The position numbers and the translations under genes were made by a program. This document shows positions 1 through 9,722 of a stretch of DNA of 64,000 bases, in pieces. Below the pieces are notes generated by a model that was given only the letters and a program-made list of their open reading frames with translations, was not told the DNA's origin and did no database searches. The stretch is from Candidatus Spongiisociaceae bacterium (GTDB taxonomy: Bacteria > Actinomycetota > Acidimicrobiia > Spongiisociales > Spongiisociaceae): the NCBI GenBank assembly GCA_965202665.1, contig OZ241841.1:1440001-1504000 (forward strand). The letters are read 5' to 3'. The number at the start of each line of letters is the position of its first letter. The stretch's first letter is position 1.

Positions 1-1552
1 AAATGGCGCTCACCGCCCCGCACACCAGCAGAAACTTGAGGATGGCGGGCATGTTCCAGTCCCGCACCAGGGCCTGCCCGACGATGATCAACGGCAGGTG
101 GATGAGATACATCCAGTAGGAGGCGTCGGACAGGTAACGGGCGGCCGGCCAATCCCGGTTGAGGACCGCTTGGAACAGCCCGATGAGCCCGATGCACATC
201 CCCCACGCGTACAGAACCTGTCCGATGGAGGCCCACAGCCAGGCGGAATCCCCCAGCCATTCGATGATCCCGGGGTCGAAGGTGAAGAAGAGGGCCGTTG
301 GGAAAATCACGAAGAACGTCGCCGGCAGGACGGCCCACCATCGCTTGCCCAAAGTTTCCACCCGCGGGGCGCCGGTGCGTCCGGTCTGGTCGTAGAGCAG
401 GCATCCGAAAGCGAAAAACAGGGCGTAGTAGGCCAGCACGTGCCACAGCGGAACCCAGCCGGTGGAAGTGTCGGGGCCGAACACCGGGATTTCCCCGCCG
501 CCGCCCATCAGCAACTGGGGGATCAGGGTGAGGGGGAGCATCAGCCACATCACCGTCCGCAACGCCGGCCGGCGGGCGCGGGCCGCCGACTCTTCCCCCG
601 AGCCGCCGCTTCTTCGCCGGGCCAGGGCGTCGGCCGCCCAGGCGATCAGACCGAACCCGGCTACCAGCCACAGCAGGAACCACAAAAACCACAGGTGATG
701 GAACGTTAGCAGCCACGATTCCAGCCCGACGTCCTCCTGCGGGTCCGGGGCCGCCTCCGCCCCGGCGTTCCAGTAGGGGGTGTCCGTCCAGGCCATGCCC
801 GGCTCCCGGGGGTCGCTCGCTCCGTTGGCCGTCAGCAGGTCGGCTATTCTTTCCCGCCCGAAGAACACCGCGTAGATGACCGGCGTGTCGCCGTTTAGGT
901 TATCGACGTCCGGTTTGGCCCCCCGGGCCAGCAGGTGGGCGGCCACCTCCACATTGCCGGTGTAGGCGGCCAGGTGCAGGGCGGTTTCTCCCAAGCTGGC
1001 GTATTCCGTCCTCCTGTTCAGGTTGATGTCCGCTCCCTGTTCCAGCAGCTCGTCGATGGCGGGGAGGTTGCCGGCCAGGGCCGCGATCCGCACATCGCCC
1101 GTTTCCACCAGTTCGGCCACCGTCCCGGAGCCGACGGCCCACCCGTAGGCCAAGTTCATGACCGGGATGATGGTCGCCAACCCGAGGGCCAGCGGCAGGG
1201 CGATGCGGCGCAGGCGGTGGTGTATCAGATAGCCCAGTCCCCGCCGCCGCCACAGCATGGCGGTGAAAAACCCGCTCATCAGGAAAAAGACCGGCATGCG
1301 GAATCCGTGCACCGCCACCAGGAACTCATCGAACAGACCGTCGTAGCCGGCCCGGTTGTCCTGCACCGGCCAGAATCCGGGCAGAAAAGTCAAGGCGGCG
1401 TGCAGGCCGATGCCCAGCAACATGGCGAAACCCCGCAACCCGTCCAACCCATGCAGGCGGCGGGCGGGGGACGGTCCGAGGGGGGCGGGCGGCGCCGGGG
1501 GCTGGCCGAGGCCGTTCGTATCCTCCCAGGTTGCGGGGCGTATTTCGGTCAC
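1..1552 (-). CDS. Acyltransferase-3 (OpgC/MdoC-like) membrane O-acyltransferase with an internal ankyrin-repeat insert; 3' end runs off the window
   Basis: Absent from the ORF track; translated by hand. GTG at 1552 overlaps the manC stop (GTGA). Motifs RLHGLDGLRGFAMLLG, HGFRMPVFFLMSGFF, HHLWFLWFLL and RYLSDASYWMYLIHLP; ankyrin motifs GETALHLAAYTGNVEVAAHLLARGA and GDTPVIYAVFFG. Confidence 0.88.
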   Translation of the reverse strand, partial: MTEIRPATWEDTNGLGQPPAPPAPLGPSPARRLHGLDGLRGFAMLLGIGLHAALTFLPGFWPVQDNRAGYDGLFDEFLVAVHGFRMPVFFLMSGFFTAMLWRRRGLGYLIHHRLRRIALPLALGLATIIPVMNLAYGWAVGSGTVAELVETGDVRIAALAGNLPAIDELLEQGADINLNRRTEYASLGETALHLAAYTGNVEVAAHLLARGAKPDVDNLNGDTPVIYAVFFGRERIADLLTANGASDPREPGMAWTDTPYWNAGAEAAPDPQEDVGLESWLLTFHHLWFLWFLLWLVAGFGLIAWAADALARRRSGGSGEESAARARRPALRTVMWLMLPLTLIPQLLMGGGGEIPVFGPDTSTGWVPLWHVLAYYALFFAFGCLLYDQTGRTGAPRVETLGKRWWAVLPATFFVIFPTALFFTFDPGIIEWLGDSAWLWASIGQVLYAWGMCIGLIGLFQAVLNRDWPAARYLSDASYWMYLIHLPLIIVGQALVRDWNMPAILKFLLVCGAVSAI

Positions 1553-2604
1553 GGGTTTTCCTCCTCCAAACGGGAGGCTATCCGATTAACCTCTTCGGCG
1601 CGGGACATGTCCGCCACCAACACCGCGCCGCCCGCGTCCACCACTATCACCCCTTCCAGGCCGATCACCGCCACCGGGCGCTCCCCGGCCCGGACGTAAC
1701 TTCCGGCCACCCCCCGCAGGCGGGCGTTGCCTGACACCGCGTTGCCCTGCGGGTCTTTGTCGGCCATCTCCCACAGGGCGGGCCAGGAACCCACATCGCT
1801 CCATCCGGCGTCCAACTTGACCATCGCCCCCCGGTCGGTGTTTTCCATGACCGCGTTGTCGATGGATTCCGCCGGGCAGGAGCGGCGTGCCTCCTCCTCC
1901 AACAGCAGGCCGCCCTCCCGGGCGGTCGCTCCGGCCAGCGACCGGCGCACGGCCTCGGTCATTTCCGGCCGGTGGGTGGACAGTTCCTCTATAAAAGTTC
2001 CCGCCCGGAACAGGAACATGCCCGAATTCCAGAAACGGCCGCCATCGGCCAAATACCGCTCCGCGGTCGCCGCATCGGGTTTTTCCAAGAACTCTTCGAT
2101 CCGGTAGGCGCTTTCCCCCGCGTCCAAAGGGGGCCCCGGTTTTATGTAGCCGAATCCGGTCTTGGGTTGGCCGGGGGTGACTCCCAAGGCGACCAGCCAT
2201 TTCCGCCGGGCGCAACCGGCGGCTATTTCCGTCGCTTTGCGCCAGGCCGCCAAATCGGCCACCGCATGGTCGGCGGGCATAACGGCCAACACTTCGTCTT
2301 CGTCCGCCGCCAGTGCGGCGGCCGCCGCGGCCGGAGCGGTGCCCCGCCCCGTCTGCTCGGTGATGATCATCCGCAACTCCGCGCCCGCCTCCCGAACTTG
2401 GCGGAGAACCTCCTCCCCGTGTTTTTCGGCGCACACCACCATCGGAGGGGAGGCTTCCGCCAGGGACGCCGCCCGGAGCAGGGTTTCCTGCAACAGGGTA
2501 AGGCGGCTGACCAGGGGGAGCAACGGCTTGGGCCGGTCGGAGCGGGACAGGGGCCACAACCGGGTTCCCGCCCCGCCCGCCAGAATCACCGGAACCGGTC
2601 CCAC
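1549..2604 (-). CDS. manC: Mannose-1-phosphate guanylyltransferase (no PMI domain)
   Basis: PVILAGGAGTRLWPLSR..PK, GRGTAPA, MPADH, FLEKPD, WNSGMF, SIDNAVME, WSDVGSW. Confidence 0.92.
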   Translation of the reverse strand: MGPVPVILAGGAGTRLWPLSRSDRPKPLLPLVSRLTLLQETLLRAASLAEASPPMVVCAEKHGEEVLRQVREAGAELRMIITEQTGRGTAPAAAAAALAADEDEVLAVMPADHAVADLAAWRKATEIAAGCARRKWLVALGVTPGQPKTGFGYIKPGPPLDAGESAYRIEEFLEKPDAATAERYLADGGRFWNSGMFLFRAGTFIEELSTHRPEMTEAVRRSLAGATAREGGLLLEEEARRSCPAESIDNAVMENTDRGAMVKLDAGWSDVGSWPALWEMADKDPQGNAVSGNARLRGVAGSYVRAGERPVAVIGLEGVIVVDAGGAVLVADMSRAEEVNRIASRLEEENP

Positions 2605-2611
2605 CGTCCGC

Positions 2612-3439
2612 CTACCCGCCTGTGAAATGCGGGGGGCGGCCTTCCATCTGGGCGGCCACTCCTTCCGCCAGGTCCGCCGACCGCAGAAACGCGGCGCTCC
2701 ACAGGGCGGCGTAGTCCAGATGGCGGCCGGTGGCTTCCTCCCGCATGGAGGTCAAAATCCGTTTGGAACCCTGCACCGCCGCCGGGGAGTTGGCGGCGAT
2801 TTCCAAAGCCAGTTCCCGGGCTCCGCCGAAGAGGGCTTCCCGGTCCGGGTACACCCGGTTGACCAGTCCCATCTCTTGGGCGTGGCGGGCGTCGCAGTCC
2901 CGGCCGGTGTAGACCAGTTCCGCCGCTTGGCCCGCCCCCACCAGGTGGGGGAGCCGTTGCAGGGTTCCCACATCGGCCGCCATCCCCAGCCGGGTTTCCC
3001 GCACCGAAAAAACCGCTCCTTCCGCGGCCAGCCGCACATCGGCGGCGGTGATCAGATCCATCCCCCCGCCCAGGCAGTGTCCGTGGACGGCGGCGATCAC
3101 CGGTTGCGGAATGCGGGCCGCCGAACTGACGGCGTGTTGCATTGTCTTAACGGTCTCGTACAGGGCAAAGTTTTGCTCATAGGGATAGGCGGGGGTTTCC
3201 GGCGGGTTCAGCTCCCCGAACAGCGCCAAATCCAAGCCGACCGTGAAAGACGCCCCCCGCCCTTGGAGAACCACCGCCCGCACCGACCGGTCCCCGCCCA
3301 AGCCGTCCATCGCCAAAGGGAAATCGGCCCAAAAATCCGCCCCCAAAGCGTTGCGCTTCTCCGGCCGGTTCAACCAAACCGTCGCCACGCCGTCGGAGAT
3401 TTCCACCTCCAACACCGCCGACTCAAAACCCTCAGTCAC
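2612..3439 (-). CDS. Crotonase/enoyl-CoA hydratase family (dienoyl-CoA isomerase-like)
   Basis: LNRPEKRNA, FTVGLDL, AVHGHCLGGGMDL, ETRLGMAADVGTLQRL. Confidence 0.9.
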   Translation of the reverse strand: MTEGFESAVLEVEISDGVATVWLNRPEKRNALGADFWADFPLAMDGLGGDRSVRAVVLQGRGASFTVGLDLALFGELNPPETPAYPYEQNFALYETVKTMQHAVSSAARIPQPVIAAVHGHCLGGGMDLITAADVRLAAEGAVFSVRETRLGMAADVGTLQRLPHLVGAGQAAELVYTGRDCDARHAQEMGLVNRVYPDREALFGGARELALEIAANSPAAVQGSKRILTSMREEATGRHLDYAALWSAAFLRSADLAEGVAAQMEGRPPHFTGG

Positions 3440-3565
3440 CAGATCCCCCTAGGAGGGCGACACCCGGCGCAAGACGGGATGAAACACTCCTCAGCCGCTT
3501 TTGGTTTCATTTTTGGGTAACGTCCATGCTCGCAGGATAACACTTGCGAATGGTCCGGACAATGA

Positions 3566-4444
3566 TTATACCTCATCGAAAAATTCCTTTTGCACGGTTA
3601 CATTTTCTTCACCTTCTTCTCCCAGTGCTTGGACCCCTAAATTATATTCTTTTAGCAAAAGGCAAAGATAATCTCCATCTATTAGGTCGATAGGCTGGGC
3701 TCCGTCTCGGGCGGCTTCGTCTTTTGCTTGCTCAGTGAAAGTCCCCGTAGTAATAAATAGCCCGCTACCGCCTCTCCCGCCCATGACGCCTTGGAATTTC
3801 CTAATATCGTCAACTCCAACTTTATCTTTGTAACGTTTGCATTGAATATAGACGCGAGTGCTTATGAGATTGAGTTTATAAACGCCAACCCCATCGATTC
3901 CCCCATCACCCGACCGTTTGGTTTGTTGCAGATCGCTAAATCCTGATGCTCTTAGCAACAGAAGAGAGAGCCTTTCAAAGGCGTGCGCTTCCATACTTTT
4001 GAGAATATCCAGCAGGTTGTCTTTCCAGGCGGATTCCATTTCCGGGTAACCCTGCTCACCGGCTTTACGTTGCGTTTTCTTAGATCTGCCTTCCTGGGAA
4101 TCTTTTATCAAGATTTCCATCGCTTCCCCTTCTTCAATTAATAGACAGCTCCGCCCTTTGGGGGTTATAGTCCAGATTCCTCGTTTAGGATTTGCCAGGA
4201 ATCCGCCAAATTTCAAATAAGAGATGGCGAACTCTATCCGGTTTGCTACCTTGGGTTCTCCGGATAATCTAGAATCAGGCCCGAATGACGCAGACAGATG
4301 TTGCGGCGGTATATGGGTAAGAACCTCTCGTATGAGCTCTTGACGGGTGGCTGACCCCCCCAGGTTTTCAACCGCTTGCAGAGTGGGGTGCATTAACTGC
4401 TTGTAGGTGGGAAGGTCGTCCGCGGCGGGGGCGTCGGCGGTCAT
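3566..4444 (-). CDS. mrr: Mrr-family (type IV) restriction endonuclease
   Basis: N-terminal Mrr_N (LPTYKQLMHPTL...RGIWTIT) and catalytic domain (FERL, SGDGGIDG, IQCKRY, GLFITTGTFT, IDLIDG); visibly lower GC than its flanks. Confidence 0.9.
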   Translation of the reverse strand: MTADAPAADDLPTYKQLMHPTLQAVENLGGSATRQELIREVLTHIPPQHLSASFGPDSRLSGEPKVANRIEFAISYLKFGGFLANPKRGIWTITPKGRSCLLIEEGEAMEILIKDSQEGRSKKTQRKAGEQGYPEMESAWKDNLLDILKSMEAHAFERLSLLLLRASGFSDLQQTKRSGDGGIDGVGVYKLNLISTRVYIQCKRYKDKVGVDDIRKFQGVMGGRGGSGLFITTGTFTEQAKDEAARDGAQPIDLIDGDYLCLLLKEYNLGVQALGEEGEENVTVQKEFFDEV

Positions 4445-4457
4445 ATGTTCGCTTGGG

Positions 4458-5477
4458 TTATCCGAAGAGGTGTTGGTGGGTTTTTATGGCGAAGCGGTCG
4501 GTCATTCCCGAAACGTAGTCCACCGCCCGCACTAGGGCCGTTTCGGAGTCGGGCGGGTCCGGCGGCGGGTCGCTGGGGATTTGCTCCGGGCGGGCCTCGA
4601 AGTGGCGCACCAGGTCTTGGACGGTGCCGATGGCCCGCCGCCGCTCCGGTTCGTGTTCGGGGCGCAGGTACACCCGGACGAACATGAAGTCGCGCAACTC
4701 GCTGAAAGCCTCCTCTATTTCCGGGTCCATTATCACCGCCCCCGCCTCCAAGGACTCGTCCACCACCGCGTGCACCATGGTGGTCACCCACTGGCCGTGC
4801 CGGTCGCCCAACAGGGCCTGCACCCGGAACGGAATGTCCCGGTAACTGATAAGCCCGGCCCGCATGGCGTCCATCAGGTCGTGCGTCAGGTAGGCGATGC
4901 GGTCGGCGAACCGGCACAGCATCCCCTCCGGGGCGGCGGGCGGCGGCTCCACTTTCCAAGTGTGGGCTCGGATGCCGTCCAAAGTTTCCCACATCAGATT
5001 GAGCGGTTCCAGCACCGACAGCACCCGCACCGACTGTTCGGAATGCAGCCACCCGCCCGGCACCAGTTCCGCCAGCGCGTCCTCCCCCACGTGTCCGAAC
5101 GGGGCGTGGCCGATGTCGTGCCCCAGGCAGATGGCTTCCGTCAAGGCCTCGTTCAAGCCCAAAGCGACCGCCATGGAACGCCCGATCTGGGCCACCTGCA
5201 GGGTGTGGGTGAGGCGGGTCACGAAATGGTCGCCCTCTGGGTTGATGAACACTTGAGTTTTGTGGGCCAAGCGCCGGATGGCGTTGCAGTGGATGATGCG
5301 GTCCCGGTCCCGCTCGAAGGCGGTTCGCAACGGATCCGGTTCCTCCGGCTGGGCCCGCCCCCGCGAGTCGGTGGAGCGGGTCGCCAACTGCCCCAGTTCC
5401 CGATATTCGGCCATCTCCCGGTCCAGCCGGTCGCTTTTTTTCAAAGTGTCCCAAGGTTTGGGCATGCCGTTCGCCAT
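4458..5477 (-). CDS. dgt: Deoxyguanosinetriphosphate triphosphohydrolase-like HD protein
   Basis: RTAFERDRDRI, RRLAHKTQVF, TRLTHTL, GHDIGHAPFGHVGE, ADRIAY..HD, DYVSGMTDRFA. Start moved to ATG 5477, which follows a TATCCT -10. Confidence 0.9.
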   Translation of the reverse strand: MANGMPKPWDTLKKSDRLDREMAEYRELGQLATRSTDSRGRAQPEEPDPLRTAFERDRDRIIHCNAIRRLAHKTQVFINPEGDHFVTRLTHTLQVAQIGRSMAVALGLNEALTEAICLGHDIGHAPFGHVGEDALAELVPGGWLHSEQSVRVLSVLEPLNLMWETLDGIRAHTWKVEPPPAAPEGMLCRFADRIAYLTHDLMDAMRAGLISYRDIPFRVQALLGDRHGQWVTTMVHAVVDESLEAGAVIMDPEIEEAFSELRDFMFVRVYLRPEHEPERRRAIGTVQDLVRHFEARPEQIPSDPPPDPPDSETALVRAVDYVSGMTDRFAIKTHQHLFG

Positions 5478-5553
5478 AGCTATGAGGATAGCCGCCCTCC
5501 GGGGGTAGCAAACGAGACGACCGCCGGGTGCGGCGATTCGAGCGGGCTCCAAT

Positions 5554-5582
5554 TTGACAACGGATGAAAGCGTATTCATACT
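5554..5582 (+). promoter_or_regulatory. Sigma70-type promoter (TTGACA-17-CATACT) with an overlapping LacI-type operator ATGAAAGCGTATTCAT (5564-5579)
   Basis: Perfect -35, 17-bp spacer, and -10 ending 6 nt before the LacI ATG (leaderless). Palindrome with ATGAA/TTCAT arms and a central CG, typical of LacI sites. Confidence 0.7.
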
Positions 5583-5588
5583 AAGGAT

Positions 5589-6614
5589 ATGAAAGACGAC
5601 GAAGCCATTCACCGGCACCGGTCCGTCACCTCGTTGGATGTGGCCCGCGCGGCCCGCGTCTCCCAAGCCACGGTCTCCCGGGCCTTCAACTCCCCGAGCC
5701 GGGTGACTCCCGATAAGCGGGAGCGCGTCTACGAGTCCGCATCCGAATTAGGATATGTTCCCAACGCAATCGGACGCAGCCTGTCGCTCCAGTCCAGCCG
5801 TATCATTGCGGTGGTGGTTCCCGCCGCCAGCGAGTACTACCAGCACGCCCTAGGAGCCTTGGCCCGCCATGTGATACCCAAGGATTACCAACTGTTGCTG
5901 TTCGAATCGTTTGAAGCGGAACACCTTGAAGTCGTATTCACATCAATTCCCCGCTATCACGTGGATGGGGTGATCGTGGCCTCCAGCCTGGTCCCGGTGG
6001 TGGAGGTGCAGTCCCTGGTGACGCGTGGATTGCCGGTCCTGATGTTCAACCAGGAGGTCGACTCCGGGAACGCCGCTTCGGTGAGTATCGACAACGAGGC
6101 GGGAATGCGGCAGCTGGCCGGGCACCTCGTAGAAACCGGCCACCGGTCGGTATGTTTCGTGGGAGGAATGAGGGCCGCCGGCACCGATCGGGCCCGCTAC
6201 CGGGGGGCTTGCGAGCGGTTGGCGGAGGCGGGAGTAGCTTGTCGTTACCTGTTGGCCGGGGCCTATACCTATGAAGCCGGTTTGGCGGCGGCGGAGCGGA
6301 TGGCCGAACGAGACGAATGGCCGGAGGCGGTGATGGCCGCTAGCGACGCCTTGGCTTTCGGAGTGATGGACGGGTTGCGCGAGCGGGGGCTGGCCGTCCC
6401 CGATGATATTTCGGTCACCGGATTCGACGGCCTGCCGCAGGCGGCTTGGAACTCCTATCGGCTCACCACCATCGAACAGCCCATGGACGACTTGGCCCGG
6501 CTGGGGGTGGAAACTTTGGTGGACCGGATCGAGAACTCGCACTCTACCGCCGCCGGCCACCGGCGCCTGACCGGCCGGTTGGCAATGCGCGACACGGTGG
6601 CCGACCGGAGATAA
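5589..6614 (+). CDS. LacI-family transcriptional regulator
   Basis: VTSLDVARAARVSQATVSRAF HTH, LGYVPN, VPDDISVTGFD, LTTIEQP. Confidence 0.95.
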   Translation: MKDDEAIHRHRSVTSLDVARAARVSQATVSRAFNSPSRVTPDKRERVYESASELGYVPNAIGRSLSLQSSRIIAVVVPAASEYYQHALGALARHVIPKDYQLLLFESFEAEHLEVVFTSIPRYHVDGVIVASSLVPVVEVQSLVTRGLPVLMFNQEVDSGNAASVSIDNEAGMRQLAGHLVETGHRSVCFVGGMRAAGTDRARYRGACERLAEAGVACRYLLAGAYTYEAGLAAAERMAERDEWPEAVMAASDALAFGVMDGLRERGLAVPDDISVTGFDGLPQAAWNSYRLTTIEQPMDDLARLGVETLVDRIENSHSTAAGHRRLTGRLAMRDTVADRR

Positions 6615-6616
6615 AG

Positions 6617-7825
6617 ATGCAGCCAGCCCCCTATCACGAGCCGGACGTTTCTTTAGCGGCTTCCGTTGCGGATGATCCGGTGCCGGCGGCTCCCGCCCGC
6701 GACATCGGGGCCTTCTTCGCCGATGACGGCAAGCGTCGCCAAGACATCGCCGGATTCGAGGACATGTACGCCGACATCGTCCACTACATCATTCGTTGCA
6801 CGCACCGGATTTGGGAGGAGGGCGGGATCGGCCTGCTTTACACCCACTACGCCCACAACCTGCCTTTTCATACCACCGAAGGCACCGTCTACGGCCGGGA
6901 TGCGGTGATAGCCTCCACCCAGCGCGCCCAGGCCGCTTACCCCGACCTGCGGCTGTTCGGCGACGAAGTGGTGTGGGCGCCAACCGGGGAGGCCTATCAT
7001 TCTTCGCATCGGCTCACCCACTCCGGAACGAATCTGGGTTGGTCGGTTTACGGGCCGCCCACCGGCCGCCGATTCCGGCGCTTGGCCGTCGCCCACTGCG
7101 TGGTGCGGGACAACTTCATCGTTGAAGAATGGCTGGCGCGCGACGAATTAGCGCTGATCCGGGCCCTTGGTTTGGACGAGGAGGAGTTGGCCCGGCGTTT
7201 GGGCGCGGCGGAACTGGAGGCGAAAGGCGGACCCCGGCCGGTCCCGGCGGAAGTGGCCCGGTTGCGGGGCCAGCTGCCGCCGGAGGAGCACCCGGAGGAA
7301 ACTCCGGAGGGCATGGACCCGGCCGAGCATTTGGTGCGGGCCATGTTTCACCGCGTTTGGAACTGGCGCCGGTTGGACCTCATCGGGGATTACTACAGCC
7401 CGGCGGCGGTGATTGAAACCTCCACTGCCCGTAAGTTGCACGGCCCGCGGGCTCTGCGTCATCATATTCTGGAATGGCTGGGCGGTTTCAGCGACATCGC
7501 CCTGACCGTTTGCCACACGATGAGCAACAAGCGGGCGGGCGGGGCGATGGTGGCCACCCGTTGGCGGTTGGACGGAATCCACGACGGACCGGGCCGCTGG
7601 GGCGAGCCGACCGGGCGGAGGATCAGCCTGCTCGGGTTCTCCCATCATTTGGTTGCGGAGGATCGAATCAGCGCCGAATGGACGGTGTTCGATGAGTTCG
7701 CCCTCCTTAAGCAGATTCACGCCCCTGATCCGCTGTTGACCGCCGACCCCTCCGCTCCGCCGCCCGACGAACCCCCGGTTGCAGATGACATCCCCGCTCC
7801 GTTACCGGAGGACGCCGATGAATGA
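6617..7825 (+). CDS. Tandem SnoaL-like/ester cyclase (NTF2-fold) protein
   Basis: Two SnoaL-like halves (YGPPTGRR...IVEEWLARDE; WGEPTGRR...ISAEWTVFDE); ATG 2 nt after the LacI stop. Confidence 0.8.
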   Translation: MQPAPYHEPDVSLAASVADDPVPAAPARDIGAFFADDGKRRQDIAGFEDMYADIVHYIIRCTHRIWEEGGIGLLYTHYAHNLPFHTTEGTVYGRDAVIASTQRAQAAYPDLRLFGDEVVWAPTGEAYHSSHRLTHSGTNLGWSVYGPPTGRRFRRLAVAHCVVRDNFIVEEWLARDELALIRALGLDEEELARRLGAAELEAKGGPRPVPAEVARLRGQLPPEEHPEETPEGMDPAEHLVRAMFHRVWNWRRLDLIGDYYSPAAVIETSTARKLHGPRALRHHILEWLGGFSDIALTVCHTMSNKRAGGAMVATRWRLDGIHDGPGRWGEPTGRRISLLGFSHHLVAEDRISAEWTVFDEFALLKQIHAPDPLLTADPSAPPPDEPPVADDIPAPLPEDADE

Positions 7826-8945
7826 GCGGATTCTCACTCCGTCCGAAGCGGATGACCGAATCATCCCCCCGGATCGGTTCGTCCCCGACGACCAGGCCTT
7901 CGTGGATGTGCGTTTGCCCGACTCGGCTGGCAAAGACAACTACTCCATGATCGGCCCGGGCGTCTCCCAAAACCCCGACGGGCACATCAATCTGCCCGAA
8001 CCCCATGGATTTAATGTGGGAGCGGCGGGCGTCCCGGCGGGTGGGGTTAACAACCAACATCTGCATTTCACCGCCGAAGTGTTCGTGTCCGTCGCCGCCC
8101 AATGGGAGTTCCGCGTCGGATTGGACTGCGAGCAAACCTTGATCGCCCCTCCCGGTTCGGTGATCTCCATTCCCACTTGGATTTTTCGGGGGTTCCGCAA
8201 CCTGTCCGACGACTACGCCATGCTGTATGCGGTGTTGGGCGGCGATGACACGGGTGGAATCATCTGGTCCCCCAAAGTGTTGCAACAGGCCGCGCTGACC
8301 GGCCTCTACCTGCGCTTGGACAACACCCTTTTGGACACCGCCGCCGGAGACGAGTTGAACGGCGCCCCGCTGGCGGCTCCCATGTCCGAGGAGGATATGG
8401 CCGGCCTGCGCGCTTACACCGATGCGGAGTTGCGGGGTCGCTTGGTCACGCAGGAGGACTTGGAGTGGAGCGAACGGGCGTTGTTGGATTCCGTCCTGCC
8501 CGGCCACTCCGCCCAGTTGGCCCCCGTGTTGGGATGGGGGATGACCATGGATCGCGATCACGTCCCGCCCATGGTCAACCCGCACACTTTCAGCATCGAA
8601 TGGCTGTGGGCGCCGTCCGGCAGCCGGGTGGGGGCGCACCGGCACGATGAAACCCAGGTTCTGATGGCGGTGAAAGGCGAATGGGAGGTTATCTTCAACA
8701 GGGGTGAGAATTTGGTGGAACGCCGCATCGGTCCGGAAACCTTGGTTTCGGTTCCGCCCGGGGTGTGGCGCTCCCTGCGGTCGGTAGGGGGGGAGGGCCT
8801 AATGCTGGTGGTGAACGGGGGCGATTCCCGCAACCTTTTGGAATGGGAGCCGCAGATCGCGGAACAGGCCCGCGTGGCCGGGTGGGCGGTGGATGCGGGC
8901 GGATACATAGCCCCGGAACGGGTGTTGCTCAGGCAGGCCAAGTGA
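7818..8945 (+). CDS. Bicupin protein
   Basis: Two cupin motifs (NNQHLHFTAEVF...ISIPTWIFRGF; GAHRHDETQVL...VSVPPGVWRSL); GGAGG RBS. Confidence 0.75.
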   Translation: MNERILTPSEADDRIIPPDRFVPDDQAFVDVRLPDSAGKDNYSMIGPGVSQNPDGHINLPEPHGFNVGAAGVPAGGVNNQHLHFTAEVFVSVAAQWEFRVGLDCEQTLIAPPGSVISIPTWIFRGFRNLSDDYAMLYAVLGGDDTGGIIWSPKVLQQAALTGLYLRLDNTLLDTAAGDELNGAPLAAPMSEEDMAGLRAYTDAELRGRLVTQEDLEWSERALLDSVLPGHSAQLAPVLGWGMTMDRDHVPPMVNPHTFSIEWLWAPSGSRVGAHRHDETQVLMAVKGEWEVIFNRGENLVERRIGPETLVSVPPGVWRSLRSVGGEGLMLVVNGGDSRNLLEWEPQIAEQARVAGWAVDAGGYIAPERVLLRQAK

Positions 8946-9676
8946 TGAATCAGCTGGTGCTTCTCCCCGGAACCTTGTGCGATCACCGGCTGTTCGCCGG
9001 ACAGGTTCCCGCCTTGCGGGAAGCGGATTGGGATACGGCCGTCGGGGATCTGACTCGCGATGATTCCATCGGCGGCATGGCGGAACGGATACTGGATTGG
9101 GCCCCGGATCGTTTCGCCTTGGCCGGGTTGTCGCTGGGCGGGGTGGCGGCCATGGAGATTTGCCGCCGCGCCCCGGAACGGGTTATCGGACTGGCCCTTT
9201 TGGACACCAACCACCGGCCGGTCACCGACTCCCAACGCGCCGCTTGGCGCCGGTGGGCGGCCTTGGTGGGGGAAGGACGGTTCGACGAGGTGAGGGGCGA
9301 GGTGGCCGGGTTGATGTCCGCCCGCTTGGACGAAGAACCAATACGCCGGTTGATCGACGACATGGCCCGTTCAGTGGGCCCGCAAGCGTTTCTGAGACAG
9401 AACGCCGCTCAGGACACCCGTTCCGACAACCGGGCGTTCCTGGCCGCGTTGACCGTTCCCACCCTGGTGTTGTGCGGGGAACGGGACGAGGTGTGTCCCG
9501 TTTCCACCCACCGGGAGATGGCGGAGCTAATTCCCGGAGCGGAGTTGGCGGTGGTGGCGGGGGCCGGACATTTGTCCCCCATCGACCGCCCGCGCCCCGT
9601 GACCGAAGCCCTCCGGGGATGGTTGCGGAAGATTCCAACCCCGATTCCGGCGGGATCCCGATCCGGAAGAAACTGA
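8945..9676 (+). CDS. Alpha/beta-fold hydrolase
   Basis: LLPGTLCD, nucleophile elbow GLSLGG, PTLVLCGERD, GAGHLSP. Confidence 0.88.
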   Translation: MNQLVLLPGTLCDHRLFAGQVPALREADWDTAVGDLTRDDSIGGMAERILDWAPDRFALAGLSLGGVAAMEICRRAPERVIGLALLDTNHRPVTDSQRAAWRRWAALVGEGRFDEVRGEVAGLMSARLDEEPIRRLIDDMARSVGPQAFLRQNAAQDTRSDNRAFLAALTVPTLVLCGERDEVCPVSTHREMAELIPGAELAVVAGAGHLSPIDRPRPVTEALRGWLRKIPTPIPAGSRSGRN

Positions 9677-9722
9677 AAACAAGATTCGCCGCAACCAAAT
9701 GCGGCGGGAAAAGGAGAAAACC

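Noticed and set aside
98-1699. Plus-strand ORFs 98-709 and 935-1699
   Set aside because: Shadows of the minus-strand acyltransferase, which reads in one open frame with no frameshift.
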